The position numbers and the translations under genes were made by a program. A stretch of DNA of 64,000 nt, taken from contig JACQXA010000001.1 of NCBI GenBank assembly GCA_016208975.1, forward strand, positions 1,834 to 65,833, written 5' to 3'. Shown one piece after another: positions 1 to 15,219 of this stretch. The DNA comes from Nitrospinota bacterium. Its GTDB lineage: Bacteria; Nitrospinota_A; UBA7883; JACRLM01. Every line of letters starts with the position of its first letter. Position 1 is the stretch's first letter. The notes under the pieces are model-generated. The model was not told the origin of the DNA, made no database searches, and saw only the letters and a list, made by a program, of their open reading frames with translations.

Positions 1-1
1 G

Positions 2-643
2 CTCGAAGCGCTGAAGCTCGTCAAGGCGAACGCGAAGGCGAAGTTCAACGAGACTGTGGAGATGGCCATACGGCTGGGGGTTAACCCCACCAAGGCCGAC
101 CAGATGGTGCGCGGGGCCGTCACAATGCCCAAGGGCACGGGGAAGGTCCGCAAGATCGCCGTGTTCGCCAAGGGCGAGAAGCTCAAGGAAGCGGAGGCGG
201 CGGGCGCGGACTTTTCCGGGGCCGATGAGCTGATCCAGAAAGTGGCGGGCGGATGGATGGATTTCGACGTGGCCGTGGCCACGCCGGACATGATGGGCCA
301 GGTGGGCAAGCTGGGCAAGGCGCTCGGTCCCCGGGGTCTTATGCCCAATCCGAAATCCGGCACGGTAACTTTCGACATCGAGAAGGCCATTAAGGAGATC
401 CGGGCCGGCAAAGTGGAGTTCCGGGTGGACAAGGCGGGCGTGGTTCACGCCCCGGTTGGCAAAGCCAGCTTCGCCCCGGAAGACCTTTACGAGAACGCCC
501 GGGCGCTTTTGGATCATCTTATGAAAATCAAACCCTCAACCGCCAAGGGCACTTATGTGAAATCCGTGGCGGTAAGCTCCACCATGGGCCCCGGCGTGAG
601 GGTGGACACGGCCGACGCCGCAGGCGCCGGCAAGGCCGCCTAG
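2..643 (+). CDS. rplA: 50S ribosomal protein L1, 5'-truncated by window edge
   Basis: Reading frame is open from the first base of the window ([40 protein letters not shown]...). L1 family sequence, stop TAG at 641-643. Confidence 0.9.
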   Translation, partial: LEALKLVKANAKAKFNETVEMAIRLGVNPTKADQMVRGAVTMPKGTGKVRKIAVFAKGEKLKEAEAAGADFSGADELIQKVAGGWMDFDVAVATPDMMGQVGKLGKALGPRGLMPNPKSGTVTFDIEKAIKEIRAGKVEFRVDKAGVVHAPVGKASFAPEDLYENARALLDHLMKIKPSTAKGTYVKSVAVSSTMGPGVRVDTADAAGAGKAA

Positions 644-658
644 GGAGGGACGCGGAAA

Positions 659-1195
659 ATGGTTACAGAAGTTAAGAAAACTGAGCTGGAGGAGCTCCGC
701 GAGAGCTTCAAGACCGCCAAGATGGCGCTGATGGCCAATTTCAGCGGCGTCACCGTGGAGGATGTGGACGTTCTGCGCAGGAACCTTCGCGCCTCCAACA
801 CCCGGCTGAAGGTTGTGAAGAACACCCTGGCCAGGCTTGCGGTGAAAGACACGCCGATTGAAGGCGCGGATAAGATGTTCAAGGGCCCTGTCACCGTGGC
901 GTTCGGTTATTCGGACGACATAGGCGCCTCGGCGAAAACCTTTCTGGATTTCGCCAAGGCCAAGGCCGACAACCTGAAGATCATCGGCGGCGTGGTGGAA
1001 GGATCGGTCCTGACGGCCGAGCAGGTGAGGAAACTTGGCGACATGCCAACCAAGCCCGTGGCCCAGGCCATGTTCCTTGGGTTGTTACAGTCGCCTGCCA
1101 GGAACTTCCTGGGCGTCATGGAAGCGGCGGCCCGGAAATTCCTTTACGCGCTCAACGCCGTGGCGGAGAAGAAACAGGAAGGGGGCCAGGCTTAA
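659..1195 (+). CDS. rplJ: 50S ribosomal protein L10
   Basis: 178 aa. Conserved L10 order immediately after rplA and before rplL. Confidence 0.9.
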   Translation: MVTEVKKTELEELRESFKTAKMALMANFSGVTVEDVDVLRRNLRASNTRLKVVKNTLARLAVKDTPIEGADKMFKGPVTVAFGYSDDIGASAKTFLDFAKAKADNLKIIGGVVEGSVLTAEQVRKLGDMPTKPVAQAMFLGLLQSPARNFLGVMEAAARKFLYALNAVAEKKQEGGQA

Positions 1196-1237
1196 GGCCG
1201 GCCCGTCTTTTCCATAAACGTATTTACAAGACTCGAG

Positions 1238-1624
1238 TTGGAGGATATTGGACAGATGACTAAGGACGATGTGAAGGATTTCATCAGGAACATGCCCGTT
1301 CACGAGCTTTTGGGCCTCGTGAAGGAGCTTGAAGACGAGTGGGGCGTTTCCGCCGCCGCTCCGGCCGCCGTTGCCGTGGCTGGCCCTGCCGCCGCCGCCG
1401 TCGAGGCCGCCCCCACCGAGGTTTCGGTGATACTGGCTGGCGCTGGCGACAAGAAGATACAGGTGATCAAGGTTGTGCGCGAGGTTACCGGCCTTGGCCT
1501 GAAAGAGGCCAAAGACCTGGTGGACGGCGCCCCGAAACCCGTAAAAGAGAAGATCTCCCCGGAAGAGGCCCAGAAGATAAAGGCCCAGCTGGAAGAGAAC
1601 GGCGCCACTGTAGAGATAAAGTAA
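1238..1624 (+). CDS. rplL: 50S ribosomal protein L7/L12
   Basis: 128 aa. N-terminal dimerisation region, Ala/Pro-rich hinge ([21 protein letters not shown]) and a C-terminal domain ending [14 protein letters not shown], as in L7/L12. Confidence 0.92.
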   Translation: MEDIGQMTKDDVKDFIRNMPVHELLGLVKELEDEWGVSAAAPAAVAVAGPAAAAVEAAPTEVSVILAGAGDKKIQVIKVVREVTGLGLKEAKDLVDGAPKPVKEKISPEEAQKIKAQLEENGATVEIK

Positions 1625-1645
1625 CACGCGAAAGCATGTTGCGAA

Positions 1646-1680
1646 CCGGCGGGGGCTGACCTCCGCCGGACAGGTTTTTG
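1646..1680 (+). terminator. rplL-rpoB intergenic hairpin + T-tract (partial terminator/attenuator), followed by a second hairpin at 1692-1721
   Basis: CCGGCGGGGG-CTGA-CCTCCGCCGG perfect stem followed by ACAGGTTTTTG. Second stem GGGCGGGA-TAAG-TCCGCCC followed by TTACCCTTTTTATA. The position matches the known rplL-rpoB attenuator in other bacteria. Confidence 0.5.
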
Positions 1681-1788
1681 AAAAATGGGAGGGGCGGGAT
1701 AAGTCCGCCCTTACCCTTTTTATAAGCTCACTATCACGCGCGCGCCGCCACACGGCAAAACAGAGCGGGCGATTGGGAGGTTTACAGG

Positions 1789-5838
<4,050 letters not shown>

Positions 5839-5862
5839 AGGCGCAAAAGAGGTTTTTTGTTT

Positions 5863-5890
5863 CGCCTCAAGGCGCAATAGTCTTGAGGCG
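5863..5890 (+). promoter_or_regulatory. perfect 9-bp stem hairpin in rpoB-rpoC spacer (candidate RNase III/processing site)
   Basis: CGCCTCAAG-gcgcaatagt-CTTGAGGCG, preceded by a T-run (ggttttttgttt). Confidence 0.4.
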
Positions 5891-5928
5891 GCGCGAATAT
5901 ATGACAATTAGAACAGGGAGATAAGCCA

Positions 5929-8900
5929 TTGGAAACGTTCACCGCTTCCTTTGTGGAAAAACCCAGGGATCCCATATCGTTCAACGCGATTAGAATCAGG
6001 CTCGCCTCCCCGGAGAAGATACGGTCGTGGTCTTTCGGTGAAGTCAAGAAACCGGAGACCATAAACTACCGCACCTTCAAGCCGGAGAGGGACGGGCTTT
6101 TCTGCGCCAAGATATTCGGCCCGGTGAAGGACTGGGAGTGCAACTGCGGCAAGTACAAACGGATGAAGTACAAAGGCGTGGTTTGCGAGAAGTGCGGCGT
6201 GGAGGTGACCCTCTCAAAGGTGCGGCGCGAGCGGATGGGGCATATAGAGCTTGCCAGCCCCGTCGCGCACATATGGTTCTTCAAAGGGCTACCGTCGCGC
6301 ATCGGCAACTTCCTGGACGTCACCCTGAAGGACCTGGAGAAGATAATATACTTCGAATCCTACGTGGTCACAGACCCGGGCGATACGGACCTAAAATACA
6401 AACAGCTTCTCACCGACGACCAACTGCGCAAGGCGGTGGAGCAACACGGAGAGCTGGCGTTCCGCGCCGGAATAGGCGCCGAGGCCATCGAAGAGCTTCT
6501 GCGCAACACCAACGTGGAAGACCTGGCCGAGGAGCTGAAAGCCGCCCTTAAGGAGACCACCTCCCAGCAGACCTTGAGGAAGCTGGCCAAGCGGCTTAAG
6601 GTGGTGGAGTCTTTCCGCAAGTCCGGCAACAAGCCTGAGTGGATGATCCTGAAGGTCGTCCCGGTCATACCGCCCGAGCTTCGGCCCCTGGTGCCGCTGG
6701 ACGGCGGCAGGTTCGCCACGTCGGACCTCAACGACCTGTACCGGCGCGTCATCAACCGCAACAACAGGCTCAAGAGGATTCAGGAGCTCAAGGCGCCGGA
6801 CATCATAATCCGCAACGAGAAACGCATGTTGCAGGAGGCTGTGGCCGCCCTGTTCGACAACGGCCGGCGCGGCAGGACGTTAAAAGGCCCCAACAAACGC
6901 CCCTTGAAATCCCTGTCGGACATGCTCAAAGGCAAGCAGGGCCGGTTCCGCCAGAACCTTCTGGGCAAACGCGTGGACTACTCCGGCCGGTCTGTCATCG
7001 TGGTGGGGCCCGAGCTGAAATTCTTCCAGTGCGGCCTGCCCAAGAAAATGGCCCTGGAAATGTTCAAACCGTTCATCTTCCACAGGCTGGAGGAGAAGGG
7101 TTACGCCACCACCATAAAAATGGCCAAGAAAATGGTGGACCAGGAGCGGCCCGAAGTGTGGGAAGTATTGGAAGAGGTTGTCACAAACCATCCGGTACTG
7201 CTAAACCGCGCCCCCACGCTTCACAGGCTCGGCATCCAGGCGTTCATGCCGGTGCTGGTGGACGGGAAGGCCATAAGGCTCCATCCGCTGGTGTGCGCCG
7301 CGTACAACGCCGACTTCGACGGAGACCAGATGGCTGTCCACATCCCGCTTTCACTGGAAGCGCAGATAGAGGCCAAGTTCCTGATGATGTCGGTGCACAA
7401 CATACTGTCGCCCGCATCTGGCAAGCCTATCGCCGTGCCCTCGCAGGACATAGTGCTGGGTTGCTATTACCTTACCAAGGAGCGTGGCGGCTCGTTGGGC
7501 GAGAACAGGACCTTCTCGGGCATTCAGGAGGCCCGCTCCGCCTATGACAACGGCGAGCTTTCGCTGAACGCCCGGATCAGGGCCCGCCTTAACGGCAAGG
7601 TTTACAACACCACCGCAGGCCGCGTGTTCATGTACGAGATCATGCCTGAAGGCATGCCTTTCGACCTGGTCAACCGCCTGCTGGACAAGAAGACCCTGCA
7701 GGAGCTTGTGAACGAGGTGTTCATCAGCAGGGGCCGCGACACCACCGTGAAGTTCCTGGACGACCTTAAGGACCTGGGTTTCTCCATCGCCACCAAGGCG
7801 GGCATATCCATATCCATGGACAACATGCTCATCCCGGACGACAAGGAGAAGCTGGTCCGCAAGGCCGCCGAAGAGGTTGCCAAGGTGGATTCGCAGTACC
7901 ACAACGGCCTAATAACCCACGGCGAGCGTTACAACAAGATCGTGGACATCTGGGCCCACGTCACCGACGAGGTCTCTAAGGAGATGTTCAAGGAGCTGGC
8001 CCGGCAGGACGAGGCCGTGGTTAAGGGCGAGGCCCGCGACCTTGACTTCAACTCCATATTCATTATGGCCGAGTCCGGCGCGCGCGGCTCTCAACAGCAG
8101 ATCCGCCAGCTGGCCGGAATGCGCGGCCTTATGGCCAAGCCCTCGGGCGAGATCATGGAGACTCCGATAACCTCCAACTTCCGCGAGGGGCTGACGGTGC
8201 TCCAGTACTTCATATCCACCCACGGCGCGCGCAAAGGTTTGGCGGACACGGCCTTGAAAACGGCCAACTCCGGTTACCTTACCCGCAGGCTTGTGGACGT
8301 GGCCCAGGACATCATCATCCTGGAGGAAGACTGCGGCACGCTCAACGGCATCGAGATATACGCCCTGGTGGAAGGCGGCAAAGTGATACAGGACCTGGGC
8401 GAGCGCGTTCTGGGCAGGATTGCCCTGGAGAACGTGATAGACCCCTTCAACAAGGACGTACTGCTGGAAGCCAACCAGATGGTGGACGAGCAGGCCGTAG
8501 AGCTCCTGGAGGAGAGGGGCATAGAGCATATCAAGATACGCTCGGTGCTTACCTGCGAATCCAAAGAAGGCGCCTGCGCCCTGTGCTATGGCCGGAACCT
8601 TGCCAACGGCAAACTGGTGGAGATAGGCGAGGCGGTGGGCGTCATCGCGGCCCAGTCCATCGGCGAGCCGGGCACCCAGCTTACCATGAGAACCTTCCAC
8701 ATAGGCGGCACGGCCTCCAGGGTGGCGGAGCAGACAACGCTTGCGGCCAAGAAGGAAGGTATCGTGCGGTACGTGGAGATAAAGAGCATCCCGCTGGGCG
8801 AAGGCTCAGCGCAGAGGGAATGGGTGGTTATGAACCGCAACGGCGGCATCATCATCCAGAACGAGGAAGGGCGCGAGCTGGAGCGGCACCGCATAGTTTA

Positions 8901-10095
8901 CTCCGCCCGCATGAAGGTGGCGGACGGCGCCCGGGTGAAAGAGGGCGAGATCCTGGCCGAGTGGGATCCGTACACCCAGTCCATCCTCACCGAGTTCGGC
9001 GGTAAGCTGGCCTTCGGCGACATCGTGGAGAACGTCACCATAAAAGAGGAGATAGACGAGACCACGGGCCACGCCGAGAAGGTGGTGCTGGATCACCGCG
9101 ATCCCACCAAACAGCCCCGGTTATCCATAAAGGATGACAAGAACAAGACCATCGCCCGCTACCTTCTGCCGGCCGGGGCCCACCTGGCCGTTATTGAAGG
9201 CCAGGCGGTGAAAGCTGGTGACGTGATAGCCAAGATACCCAGGGAAACCACCAAGACCAAGGACATCACCGGCGGCTTGCCGCGGGTTGCGGAGCTTTTC
9301 GAGGCCCGCAGGCCGCACGACCAGGCCACCATCACCGAGGTTTCGGGCAAGGTGTCGTTCGGCGGCATCATGAAAGGCATGAGGCGGCTCATCGTTACCA
9401 CCGATACCGGCGAACAGCACGAGTACCTCCTGCCGCGCGGCAAGCACGTGAACGTGCACGAAGGCGACTATGTGCGGGCTGGTGAGGCGCTTATGGATGG
9501 AGCGGCCAATCCGCACGACATCCTGGCGGTCCTCGGCGAGAAGGAGCTTCAGAAGTACCTGGTCAACGAGATACAGGAGGTTTACCGCCTCCAGGGCGTT
9601 ATGATAAACGACAAGCACATCGAGGTGATCGTGCGGCAGATGTTGCGCCATCTTGTGATAGAAGACGGCGGCGACACCGACATGATGATTGGCGAGATGG
9701 TCCCAAAAGCCATGTTCGCCGAGAAGAACCGCGCGGTGATGGCCGATGGCGGGCATCCGGCCAAAGGGCGGCCCATACTGCTGGGCATCACCAAGTCGTC
9801 GCTCTCCACGGAGAGCTTCATCTCAGCGGCGTCGTTCCAGGAGACCACCAGGGTGCTTACCGAGGTGTCGGTGTCTGGCAAGGTGGATACGCTGAAGGGG
9901 TTGAAGGAAAACGTCATCATGGGCCGGCTGATACCCGCCGGAAGCGGCGCCAGGCGCTACTTCGGCTATGGGCTGAGGATGACGGAGCTTCCCAGGTTCC
10001 AGAGGCGCGAGGAGCCGGTGGACCTTTCCCCGGCGGCGGTGCTGGACGTGGATATCGAGGACGAGGACGACATCGAACTGGAAGACGCGGAATAA
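5929..10095 (+). CDS. rpoC: DNA-directed RNA polymerase subunit beta'
   Basis: 1388 aa, TTG start with AGGGAG RBS 9 nt upstream. Zn-binding [20 protein letters not shown] and catalytic NADFDGD motifs present. Confidence 0.95.
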   Translation: METFTASFVEKPRDPISFNAIRIRLASPEKIRSWSFGEVKKPETINYRTFKPERDGLFCAKIFGPVKDWECNCGKYKRMKYKGVVCEKCGVEVTLSKVRRERMGHIELASPVAHIWFFKGLPSRIGNFLDVTLKDLEKIIYFESYVVTDPGDTDLKYKQLLTDDQLRKAVEQHGELAFRAGIGAEAIEELLRNTNVEDLAEELKAALKETTSQQTLRKLAKRLKVVESFRKSGNKPEWMILKVVPVIPPELRPLVPLDGGRFATSDLNDLYRRVINRNNRLKRIQELKAPDIIIRNEKRMLQEAVAALFDNGRRGRTLKGPNKRPLKSLSDMLKGKQGRFRQNLLGKRVDYSGRSVIVVGPELKFFQCGLPKKMALEMFKPFIFHRLEEKGYATTIKMAKKMVDQERPEVWEVLEEVVTNHPVLLNRAPTLHRLGIQAFMPVLVDGKAIRLHPLVCAAYNADFDGDQMAVHIPLSLEAQIEAKFLMMSVHNILSPASGKPIAVPSQDIVLGCYYLTKERGGSLGENRTFSGIQEARSAYDNGELSLNARIRARLNGKVYNTTAGRVFMYEIMPEGMPFDLVNRLLDKKTLQELVNEVFISRGRDTTVKFLDDLKDLGFSIATKAGISISMDNMLIPDDKEKLVRKAAEEVAKVDSQYHNGLITHGERYNKIVDIWAHVTDEVSKEMFKELARQDEAVVKGEARDLDFNSIFIMAESGARGSQQQIRQLAGMRGLMAKPSGEIMETPITSNFREGLTVLQYFISTHGARKGLADTALKTANSGYLTRRLVDVAQDIIILEEDCGTLNGIEIYALVEGGKVIQDLGERVLGRIALENVIDPFNKDVLLEANQMVDEQAVELLEERGIEHIKIRSVLTCESKEGACALCYGRNLANGKLVEIGEAVGVIAAQSIGEPGTQLTMRTFHIGGTASRVAEQTTLAAKKEGIVRYVEIKSIPLGEGSAQREWVVMNRNGGIIIQNEEGRELERHRIVYSARMKVADGARVKEGEILAEWDPYTQSILTEFGGKLAFGDIVENVTIKEEIDETTGHAEKVVLDHRDPTKQPRLSIKDDKNKTIARYLLPAGAHLAVIEGQAVKAGDVIAKIPRETTKTKDITGGLPRVAELFEARRPHDQATITEVSGKVSFGGIMKGMRRLIVTTDTGEQHEYLLPRGKHVNVHEGDYVRAGEALMDGAANPHDILAVLGEKELQKYLVNEIQEVYRLQGVMINDKHIEVIVRQMLRHLVIEDGGDTDMMIGEMVPKAMFAEKNRAVMADGGHPAKGRPILLGITKSSLSTESFISAASFQETTRVLTEVSVSGKVDTLKGLKENVIMGRLIPAGSGARRYFGYGLRMTELPRFQRREEPVDLSPAAVLDVDIEDEDDIELEDAE

Positions 10096-10186
10096 GCGCC
10101 GCGTTAGCGAAGTTTTAAAGAAGGCCGGTGAGTCGTAAAAGAATCACCGGCCTTTAGTTTTTCATGGGGGTGTTAAAATCGGGCGC

Positions 10187-11965
10187 ATGACCGGAAAATT
10201 CGCCGAGAGCATCCGCAAGACGCTGGAGCGGAGCTTCGCCTCCCGATCCTCCCACGAGCACACTGTGTTCATGATTACCGCCAGCGTGCTTGGCGCCACA
10301 TGTGGCGCGTTAGCGGTATTGTTCGAAAAACTTGTGGAGTTTTTCGAGTATCTCTTTTTCGAGGTTTCATGGAACTTCACCGGGGGAGACTCGACAGTCT
10401 TCAAATGGCTCGTCATCCCACTGCTTCCAGCGTTAGGCGGGCTATTGGTGGGGCTTCTGACATGGCGGTTCCGGATGGGGGCGGAGTCCGCTTCCGCCGC
10501 CGAGGTAATGAAATGGACGGCCGTTGACGGCGGTGTGGTGAAACCCCGCATAGTTTGGTTCCGGACGCTGGTGTCCACTATCTTTCTTGGGTCTGGCGGC
10601 TCCGGCGGACCGGAAGGGCCGATCGCCCAGGTGTGCGGCGCGTGGGGGTCCACCATTGGTCAATTTCTTAACGCCTCGTCGGAGCGGTTGCGGCTGTTGG
10701 TGGGTTGCGGCGCGGCGGCTGGCATCGCGGCGGCGTTCAACGCCCCAATAGCCGGGGTGATATTCACCGTGGAGCTTGTTCTGGGCGACTTCAACGTAAT
10801 ATCGTTCCTCCCCATAGTTATAAGCTCGGTGATGGCCACCACGGTAAAACGGCTCATGCTGGGCGAGGTGCATGTGTTCTCCGCCCCGCCTTACGCCCTG
10901 GTGTCTTCATGGGAAATATTCCTGTACGCAATCCTTGGCGTGCTGTGCGGGCTGGCGGCGCGGCTTTTCGTGGCCACCAGCGCCCGCAGTGAGGAGTTCT
11001 TCAAGAAGAAAGTAAGAATCCATCCAGCGTTAAAACCGGCGCTGGGCGGTTTGCTGGTGGGCATAATAGGAATATGGTGGCCGGAGATTTTTGGCGGCGG
11101 TTTTGAGACCATGGACGTGATGCTGGCCGGTGAGATGGCCTTGAGCCTGGCGTTCACCCTCGTTTTCATAAAGATAATCGCCACGGCCATATCATTGGGC
11201 TCTGGCGGCTCCGGCGGCATATTCGCCCCATCGCTTTTTATAGGTTGCATGACCGGCGGGGCGTTCGGCTATCTGGTGAACATGGCCGCGCCGGACGCGG
11301 TGGCCTCGCCCGGCGCCTACGCCATGGTGGGGCTTGCGGCCGTTATGGCCGCCGTGGCGCACGCGCCGCTAACAAACATCCTCATGGGTTACGAGCTTAC
11401 GGGGAACTACGAGATCATCCTGCCCATCATGACCTCCTGCATCATGGCCACGTTCGTGATAACCCGGTTCTCGCCGGAATCCATGTTCACGGAAAAACTC
11501 TCTAAACGAGGCATCCGCCTGTGGCGCGGGCGGGACCTGGCGGTGATGGACAGGATAAAGGTTGGGGAGATAATGACAAACCAATTCACCACAATTCCCG
11601 AGAACACGCCGTTCCGCAGGATAATGGAGCTTATCGCCACTTCGCGGGACAGTTATTTCCCCGTGGTGGACGCTTCCGGAAACTTAACCGGCATCATATC
11701 CATCCAGAACGTGCGGGAGATATTGCTGGACAGCGTGGATCTGGCGGACATAGTGGTGGCCAAGGAAATAGCCACCGAGCATGTCATCACCGTTATCGAA
11801 AGCAACAACCTCAACGAGGCCATGGAGCGGTTCGCCATGAAAGAGATAGAGCAGTTGCCCGTGGTCGCCATGGACGACTCTAAGAAGATCATCGGCATGT
11901 TGAAGAGGGTGGACGTGATGGCGGCGTATAAAAAGGAAGTGCTTAAGAAAACTTCGCAGGACTGA
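10187..11965 (+). CDS. ClC family voltage-gated chloride channel with C-terminal tandem CBS domains
   Basis: 592 aa. Polytopic membrane protein with ClC filter-like motifs GSGGSGGPEGP and GSGGSGGIFAP (GxFxP), and two CBS domains at the C-terminus. Confidence 0.8.
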   Translation: MTGKFAESIRKTLERSFASRSSHEHTVFMITASVLGATCGALAVLFEKLVEFFEYLFFEVSWNFTGGDSTVFKWLVIPLLPALGGLLVGLLTWRFRMGAESASAAEVMKWTAVDGGVVKPRIVWFRTLVSTIFLGSGGSGGPEGPIAQVCGAWGSTIGQFLNASSERLRLLVGCGAAAGIAAAFNAPIAGVIFTVELVLGDFNVISFLPIVISSVMATTVKRLMLGEVHVFSAPPYALVSSWEIFLYAILGVLCGLAARLFVATSARSEEFFKKKVRIHPALKPALGGLLVGIIGIWWPEIFGGGFETMDVMLAGEMALSLAFTLVFIKIIATAISLGSGGSGGIFAPSLFIGCMTGGAFGYLVNMAAPDAVASPGAYAMVGLAAVMAAVAHAPLTNILMGYELTGNYEIILPIMTSCIMATFVITRFSPESMFTEKLSKRGIRLWRGRDLAVMDRIKVGEIMTNQFTTIPENTPFRRIMELIATSRDSYFPVVDASGNLTGIISIQNVREILLDSVDLADIVVAKEIATEHVITVIESNNLNEAMERFAMKEIEQLPVVAMDDSKKIIGMLKRVDVMAAYKKEVLKKTSQD

Positions 11966-11969
11966 CCAG

Positions 11970-12959
11970 TTATTTTCGTCTCAACATTTCCAGCGCCGCG
12001 CCGTAAACCTCGTCCACGGTGATAGACTCCATACATAAATGATCCGTGGGGCATTTGCGTTTCCAGCAAGGGGCGCAGGCGGCTTTCTTGTAAATCACCT
12101 TCACATTGGGGCCCAGGGGGCTTGTTTCCTCCGGCGATGTGGGGCCGAAGATGGCCAGGGTGGGCGTGCCCAGCGCCGCTGATATATGCATGGGGCCTGT
12201 GTCGTTGGTTATGTAAATGGCCAGGCGGGCCATGACCGCGGCCAGCGCGCCGATGTCTGTCTTGCCAACAAGGGAGAACGGTTTCACCTTTTCGCAGGTT
12301 TTTAAAATCTCATCTTCAGCCCACCGGTCTGCCTCGCCGCCCAGCAATACTATTTGATAATCGCTGGAAAGCCGGGCCGCCAGCTCCGCGAATTTTCTTG
12401 ACGGCCACATCTTTGCGGAACCATAGGTTGCCCCGAACCCGAACCCCACAAAAGGTTTTTGAACGGGTGGCAAAATGCTCCCGGCCTTGGCTTTGGCTTC
12501 GGCGGTTACGGTAAGCTCCGGCGCGGCGATTGTGATGTCCGGGGCGATCTCCCGCGCCAGACGCAGGAAATACTCCGACTGATGGAGTGAATGTTTAACT
12601 CCCGGTTTGGCGACAGGGCGTGTGAGAAGCCAGGACCGCAAATCCCCCGCGTAACCAATCCTAGCGGGCGCGCCGGTTCGAAAAACCTCCCACGCCGACC
12701 GGAAGGAGTTGGGTAGAACCAGAGCCGTGTCGAATTTTTCCGCACGGGCTTTGGTGATATATCCGCCAGCGTCATCCAGCGGCAATACATCATTCGCCGA
12801 AGGTATCAAACGGCCAAGGCCTGCCAATTGGCTTTTCATCAACAAAGTTATTTGGCAGTGGGGCAGGGCGGCGCGGAGCCCCATTATGGACGGAGCGGCC
12901 ATGACGCAATCGCCCAGCCAGTTGGGCATTCTGATCAGGATTTTGGATGGCTGGCTCAT
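11970..12959 (-). CDS. ADP-heptose:LPS heptosyltransferase (glycosyltransferase family 9, WaaF/WaaC-like)
   Basis: Start taken at MSQPSKILIRMPNWLGDCVMA (typical GT9 N-terminus), 8 nt downstream of lpxL stop. The longer ORF reaching 13085 would overlap lpxL. Confidence 0.75.
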   Translation of the reverse strand: MSQPSKILIRMPNWLGDCVMAAPSIMGLRAALPHCQITLLMKSQLAGLGRLIPSANDVLPLDDAGGYITKARAEKFDTALVLPNSFRSAWEVFRTGAPARIGYAGDLRSWLLTRPVAKPGVKHSLHQSEYFLRLAREIAPDITIAAPELTVTAEAKAKAGSILPPVQKPFVGFGFGATYGSAKMWPSRKFAELAARLSSDYQIVLLGGEADRWAEDEILKTCEKVKPFSLVGKTDIGALAAVMARLAIYITNDTGPMHISAALGTPTLAIFGPTSPEETSPLGPNVKVIYKKAACAPCWKRKCPTDHLCMESITVDEVYGAALEMLRRK

Positions 12960-12967
12960 TGGCTTTG

Positions 12968-13987
12968 CTATTTTGCCGGGGCGCTGGCGCCTGTGGTGGC
13001 GTTGATTATTTTCAAGTCCGCTTCGATGGCGGCCAGGTCTTTTTCCTCCGGCGCGGTCTTCCAGCGTTTGTGTATCCACAACCATTGTTCCGGGGCGGCT
13101 TTCACAGCCTCTTCCAGCGCCTCGTTTATCTTCATGGTGACAAGCCTTATGTTGGCGGACATGGAGCCTGTGGGATGTAATTTGACCGCCGGATGGATTT
13201 TCACTTTAAGGATATTCTCCCGCCCGTCCCATATGGAGAACATGGGCAATACCGGAGCGCCGGTCCGCAAAGAGGCCACGGCGGGGGCCACTATGGTGGC
13301 CGCAAGTTTTCCAAGGAACGGGGTGAAAATGTTGTTGAACCCGGCGTTTTGGTCCACCGCGATGGTCACCATCCCACCGGAGCGAAGATGTTTGATTATC
13401 TCCGTGGCGGCGTTCTCCTTTTTGATAACGCCAAGGCCCGTGGATGTCCGGCAATCGTCGGTGAGCCAATCAATGTCTTTGTTGTCCACGGTGCGGATGA
13501 CCGACCAGACTGGATAGCCCTCAAGGGCCAGCGCGCCGTTGGCCGTTTCGAACCAGCCGAAATGGGCCGTAGCCAGGATGACCCCTTTTTTCAGCGCAAA
13601 AGCTTCCTTAAGGTTCTCGAGCCCTTCGAAGCGGATTAACTTGTCCGCGTCTTCCCGCGTAAGCGATTTCAGCCTGCCCGCCTGGATTATGAACCGGCCC
13701 CAGTGCAGGCACATCCTCCGGGCCAGCGCCGAAAGCTCCTCGCCGCTGGCGGAAGGATAAAGGTTGCGCATGTTATCCATGGCCACCTTCAGCCGCGTGG
13801 CGCGAACCACCAGCCAGAAGAGCCTCCCAACCAGGTTTCCCAGCGCCAGAGAACCTTTGAAAGAAAGCAGGTTAGCGAGCCATCGCAGACCAAGGGTGGC
13901 GAAGAATGCCAACTTACCGGGTAGCGGGTTCTTTTTCTTGCCCACGGGTTTGTTATACAAGTCCCGCCACGCGGGCGAAATTTGCAA
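12968..13987 (-). CDS. lpxL: lipid A biosynthesis lauroyl/myristoyl acyltransferase (LpxL/HtrB family)
   Basis: 339 aa, LpxL-family acyltransferase fold (…LATAHFGWFE…, …IAVDQNAG…). Overlaps hisH 3' end by 35 nt. Confidence 0.75.
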   Translation of the reverse strand: MQISPAWRDLYNKPVGKKKNPLPGKLAFFATLGLRWLANLLSFKGSLALGNLVGRLFWLVVRATRLKVAMDNMRNLYPSASGEELSALARRMCLHWGRFIIQAGRLKSLTREDADKLIRFEGLENLKEAFALKKGVILATAHFGWFETANGALALEGYPVWSVIRTVDNKDIDWLTDDCRTSTGLGVIKKENAATEIIKHLRSGGMVTIAVDQNAGFNNIFTPFLGKLAATIVAPAVASLRTGAPVLPMFSIWDGRENILKVKIHPAVKLHPTGSMSANIRLVTMKINEALEEAVKAAPEQWLWIHKRWKTAPEEKDLAAIEADLKIINATTGASAPAK

Positions 13988-14579
13988 GCACCGCCAGCCC
14001 GGCCCTTTGGCTTTTTTCCGGGTGGAACTGGGTGGCGAAAATGTTCCCGTTCTCCACCGCCGAGGCGAAGGTCTGCCCCGCGTATTCGGTGGTGGCGCAC
14101 ACTATGTCCGCTCCGGGTATTGGGAAGTAGGAGTGTACGAAATAAAAATCTGTCCCATCGGCGATGCCTTCGAACAACCGGCTTTTTTTCGTGATCCTGG
14201 CCTGGTTCCAGCCCATGTGGGGTATTTTGGCGCGCGATTCCTTCGGAAACGAAAACCTTACGCATTTTCCCGGAAATACGTTCAATCCGGTGATGGGGCC
14301 GAACTCATCACTCTCTTCGAAAAGTAGCTGGTAGCCCACGCAAATCCCCAGGAACGGTTTGCCCGAGCGAAGATATTCCCTTACCGGATTTAAGAGGCCA
14401 TATTTTCCGAGATTGGCCATGCACTCGCCGAACGCGCCCACGCCCGGAAGAATGAGCGCTTCCGCCGAAAGCACATCCGCAGGGTTTGAGGAGACCAGGG
14501 TTCTCGCCCCGGTTTTTTCGACAGCTTTCTGCACGGACCTCAGGTTGCCGACATCGTAATCCACAATCACCGCGGGCAT
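13953..14579 (-). CDS. hisH: imidazole glycerol phosphate synthase glutamine amidotransferase subunit
   Basis: Start at MPAVIVDYDVGNLRSV (ATG at 14577-14579). GICVGYQ catalytic Cys and HMGWN/FHPEKS motifs of class I GATase. Confidence 0.9.
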   Translation of the reverse strand: MPAVIVDYDVGNLRSVQKAVEKTGARTLVSSNPADVLSAEALILPGVGAFGECMANLGKYGLLNPVREYLRSGKPFLGICVGYQLLFEESDEFGPITGLNVFPGKCVRFSFPKESRAKIPHMGWNQARITKKSRLFEGIADGTDFYFVHSYFPIPGADIVCATTEYAGQTFASAVENGNIFATQFHPEKSQRAGLAVLANFARVAGLV

Positions 14580-14628
14580 GGCTGTATCCTGTAAATAGTT
14601 GGTATAACCGGCGGACTCGGGGCGGTTT

Positions 14629-15219
14629 TTAAAGCACGCCCTTGGTGGAGGGCACAATGCCTTCCAGCCGGGGGTTTTTCTCCACCGCATGGCCCAGCGC
14701 CCTGGCCACGGCCTTGAACATGGCCTCTATCACATGGTGCAGGTTTGTCCCATGGCGGGCGGTGATATGGAGCGTAATACCCGCCGCGTTGACGAAGGCG
14801 CGGACAAACTCCTCGGCCAGTTCCGCGTCGAACTCTCCCACCTTGCCCTTGGGCAGTTCCGCCTCGAACACGCAGAAGGGCCTGCCGGAAATGTCCAGGC
14901 TGGCCTCCACCAGCGCCTCGTTCAAGGGGACGGAGGCGAAACCGTAACGGTTAATCCCTTTCTTGTCTCCCAAAGCGTTTACCAGCGCCATTCCTAGCGT
15001 AAGGCCCACGTCCTCCACCGTATGATGGCCATCTATCTGGATGTCCCCTTTGGCCGATACGCTCATGTCTATAAGAGAATGGCGGGCCAGATGGTCCAGC
15101 ATATGGTCGAAAAAAGGTATCCCAGTGTTGTGGGCGCTTTTCCCGGAGCCGTCCAGATCGAGTTCGACGGTGATGTCCGTCTCGTTGGTTTTCCTAGTTA
15201 TGTTCGCAGTTCTGGCCAT
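14629..15219 (-). CDS. hisB: imidazoleglycerol-phosphate dehydratase
   Basis: 196 aa, full-length IGPD (…RKTNETDITVELDLDG…HHTVEDVGL…). Confidence 0.9.
   Translation of the reverse strand: MARTANITRKTNETDITVELDLDGSGKSAHNTGIPFFDHMLDHLARHSLIDMSVSAKGDIQIDGHHTVEDVGLTLGMALVNALGDKKGINRYGFASVPLNEALVEASLDISGRPFCVFEAELPKGKVGEFDAELAEEFVRAFVNAAGITLHITARHGTNLHHVIEAMFKAVARALGHAVEKNPRLEGIVPSTKGVL

Noticed and set aside
644-658. Expected L10(L12)4 autoregulatory leader upstream of rplJ
   Set aside because: Only 15 nt separate rplA and rplJ, so there is no room for the structured leader. It would have to lie upstream of rplA, outside the window.
12709-13517. Plus-strand ORFs (98-229 aa) across 12709-13517
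   Set aside because: They are antisense to the lpxL/heptosyltransferase coding sequences and have no recognisable motifs.
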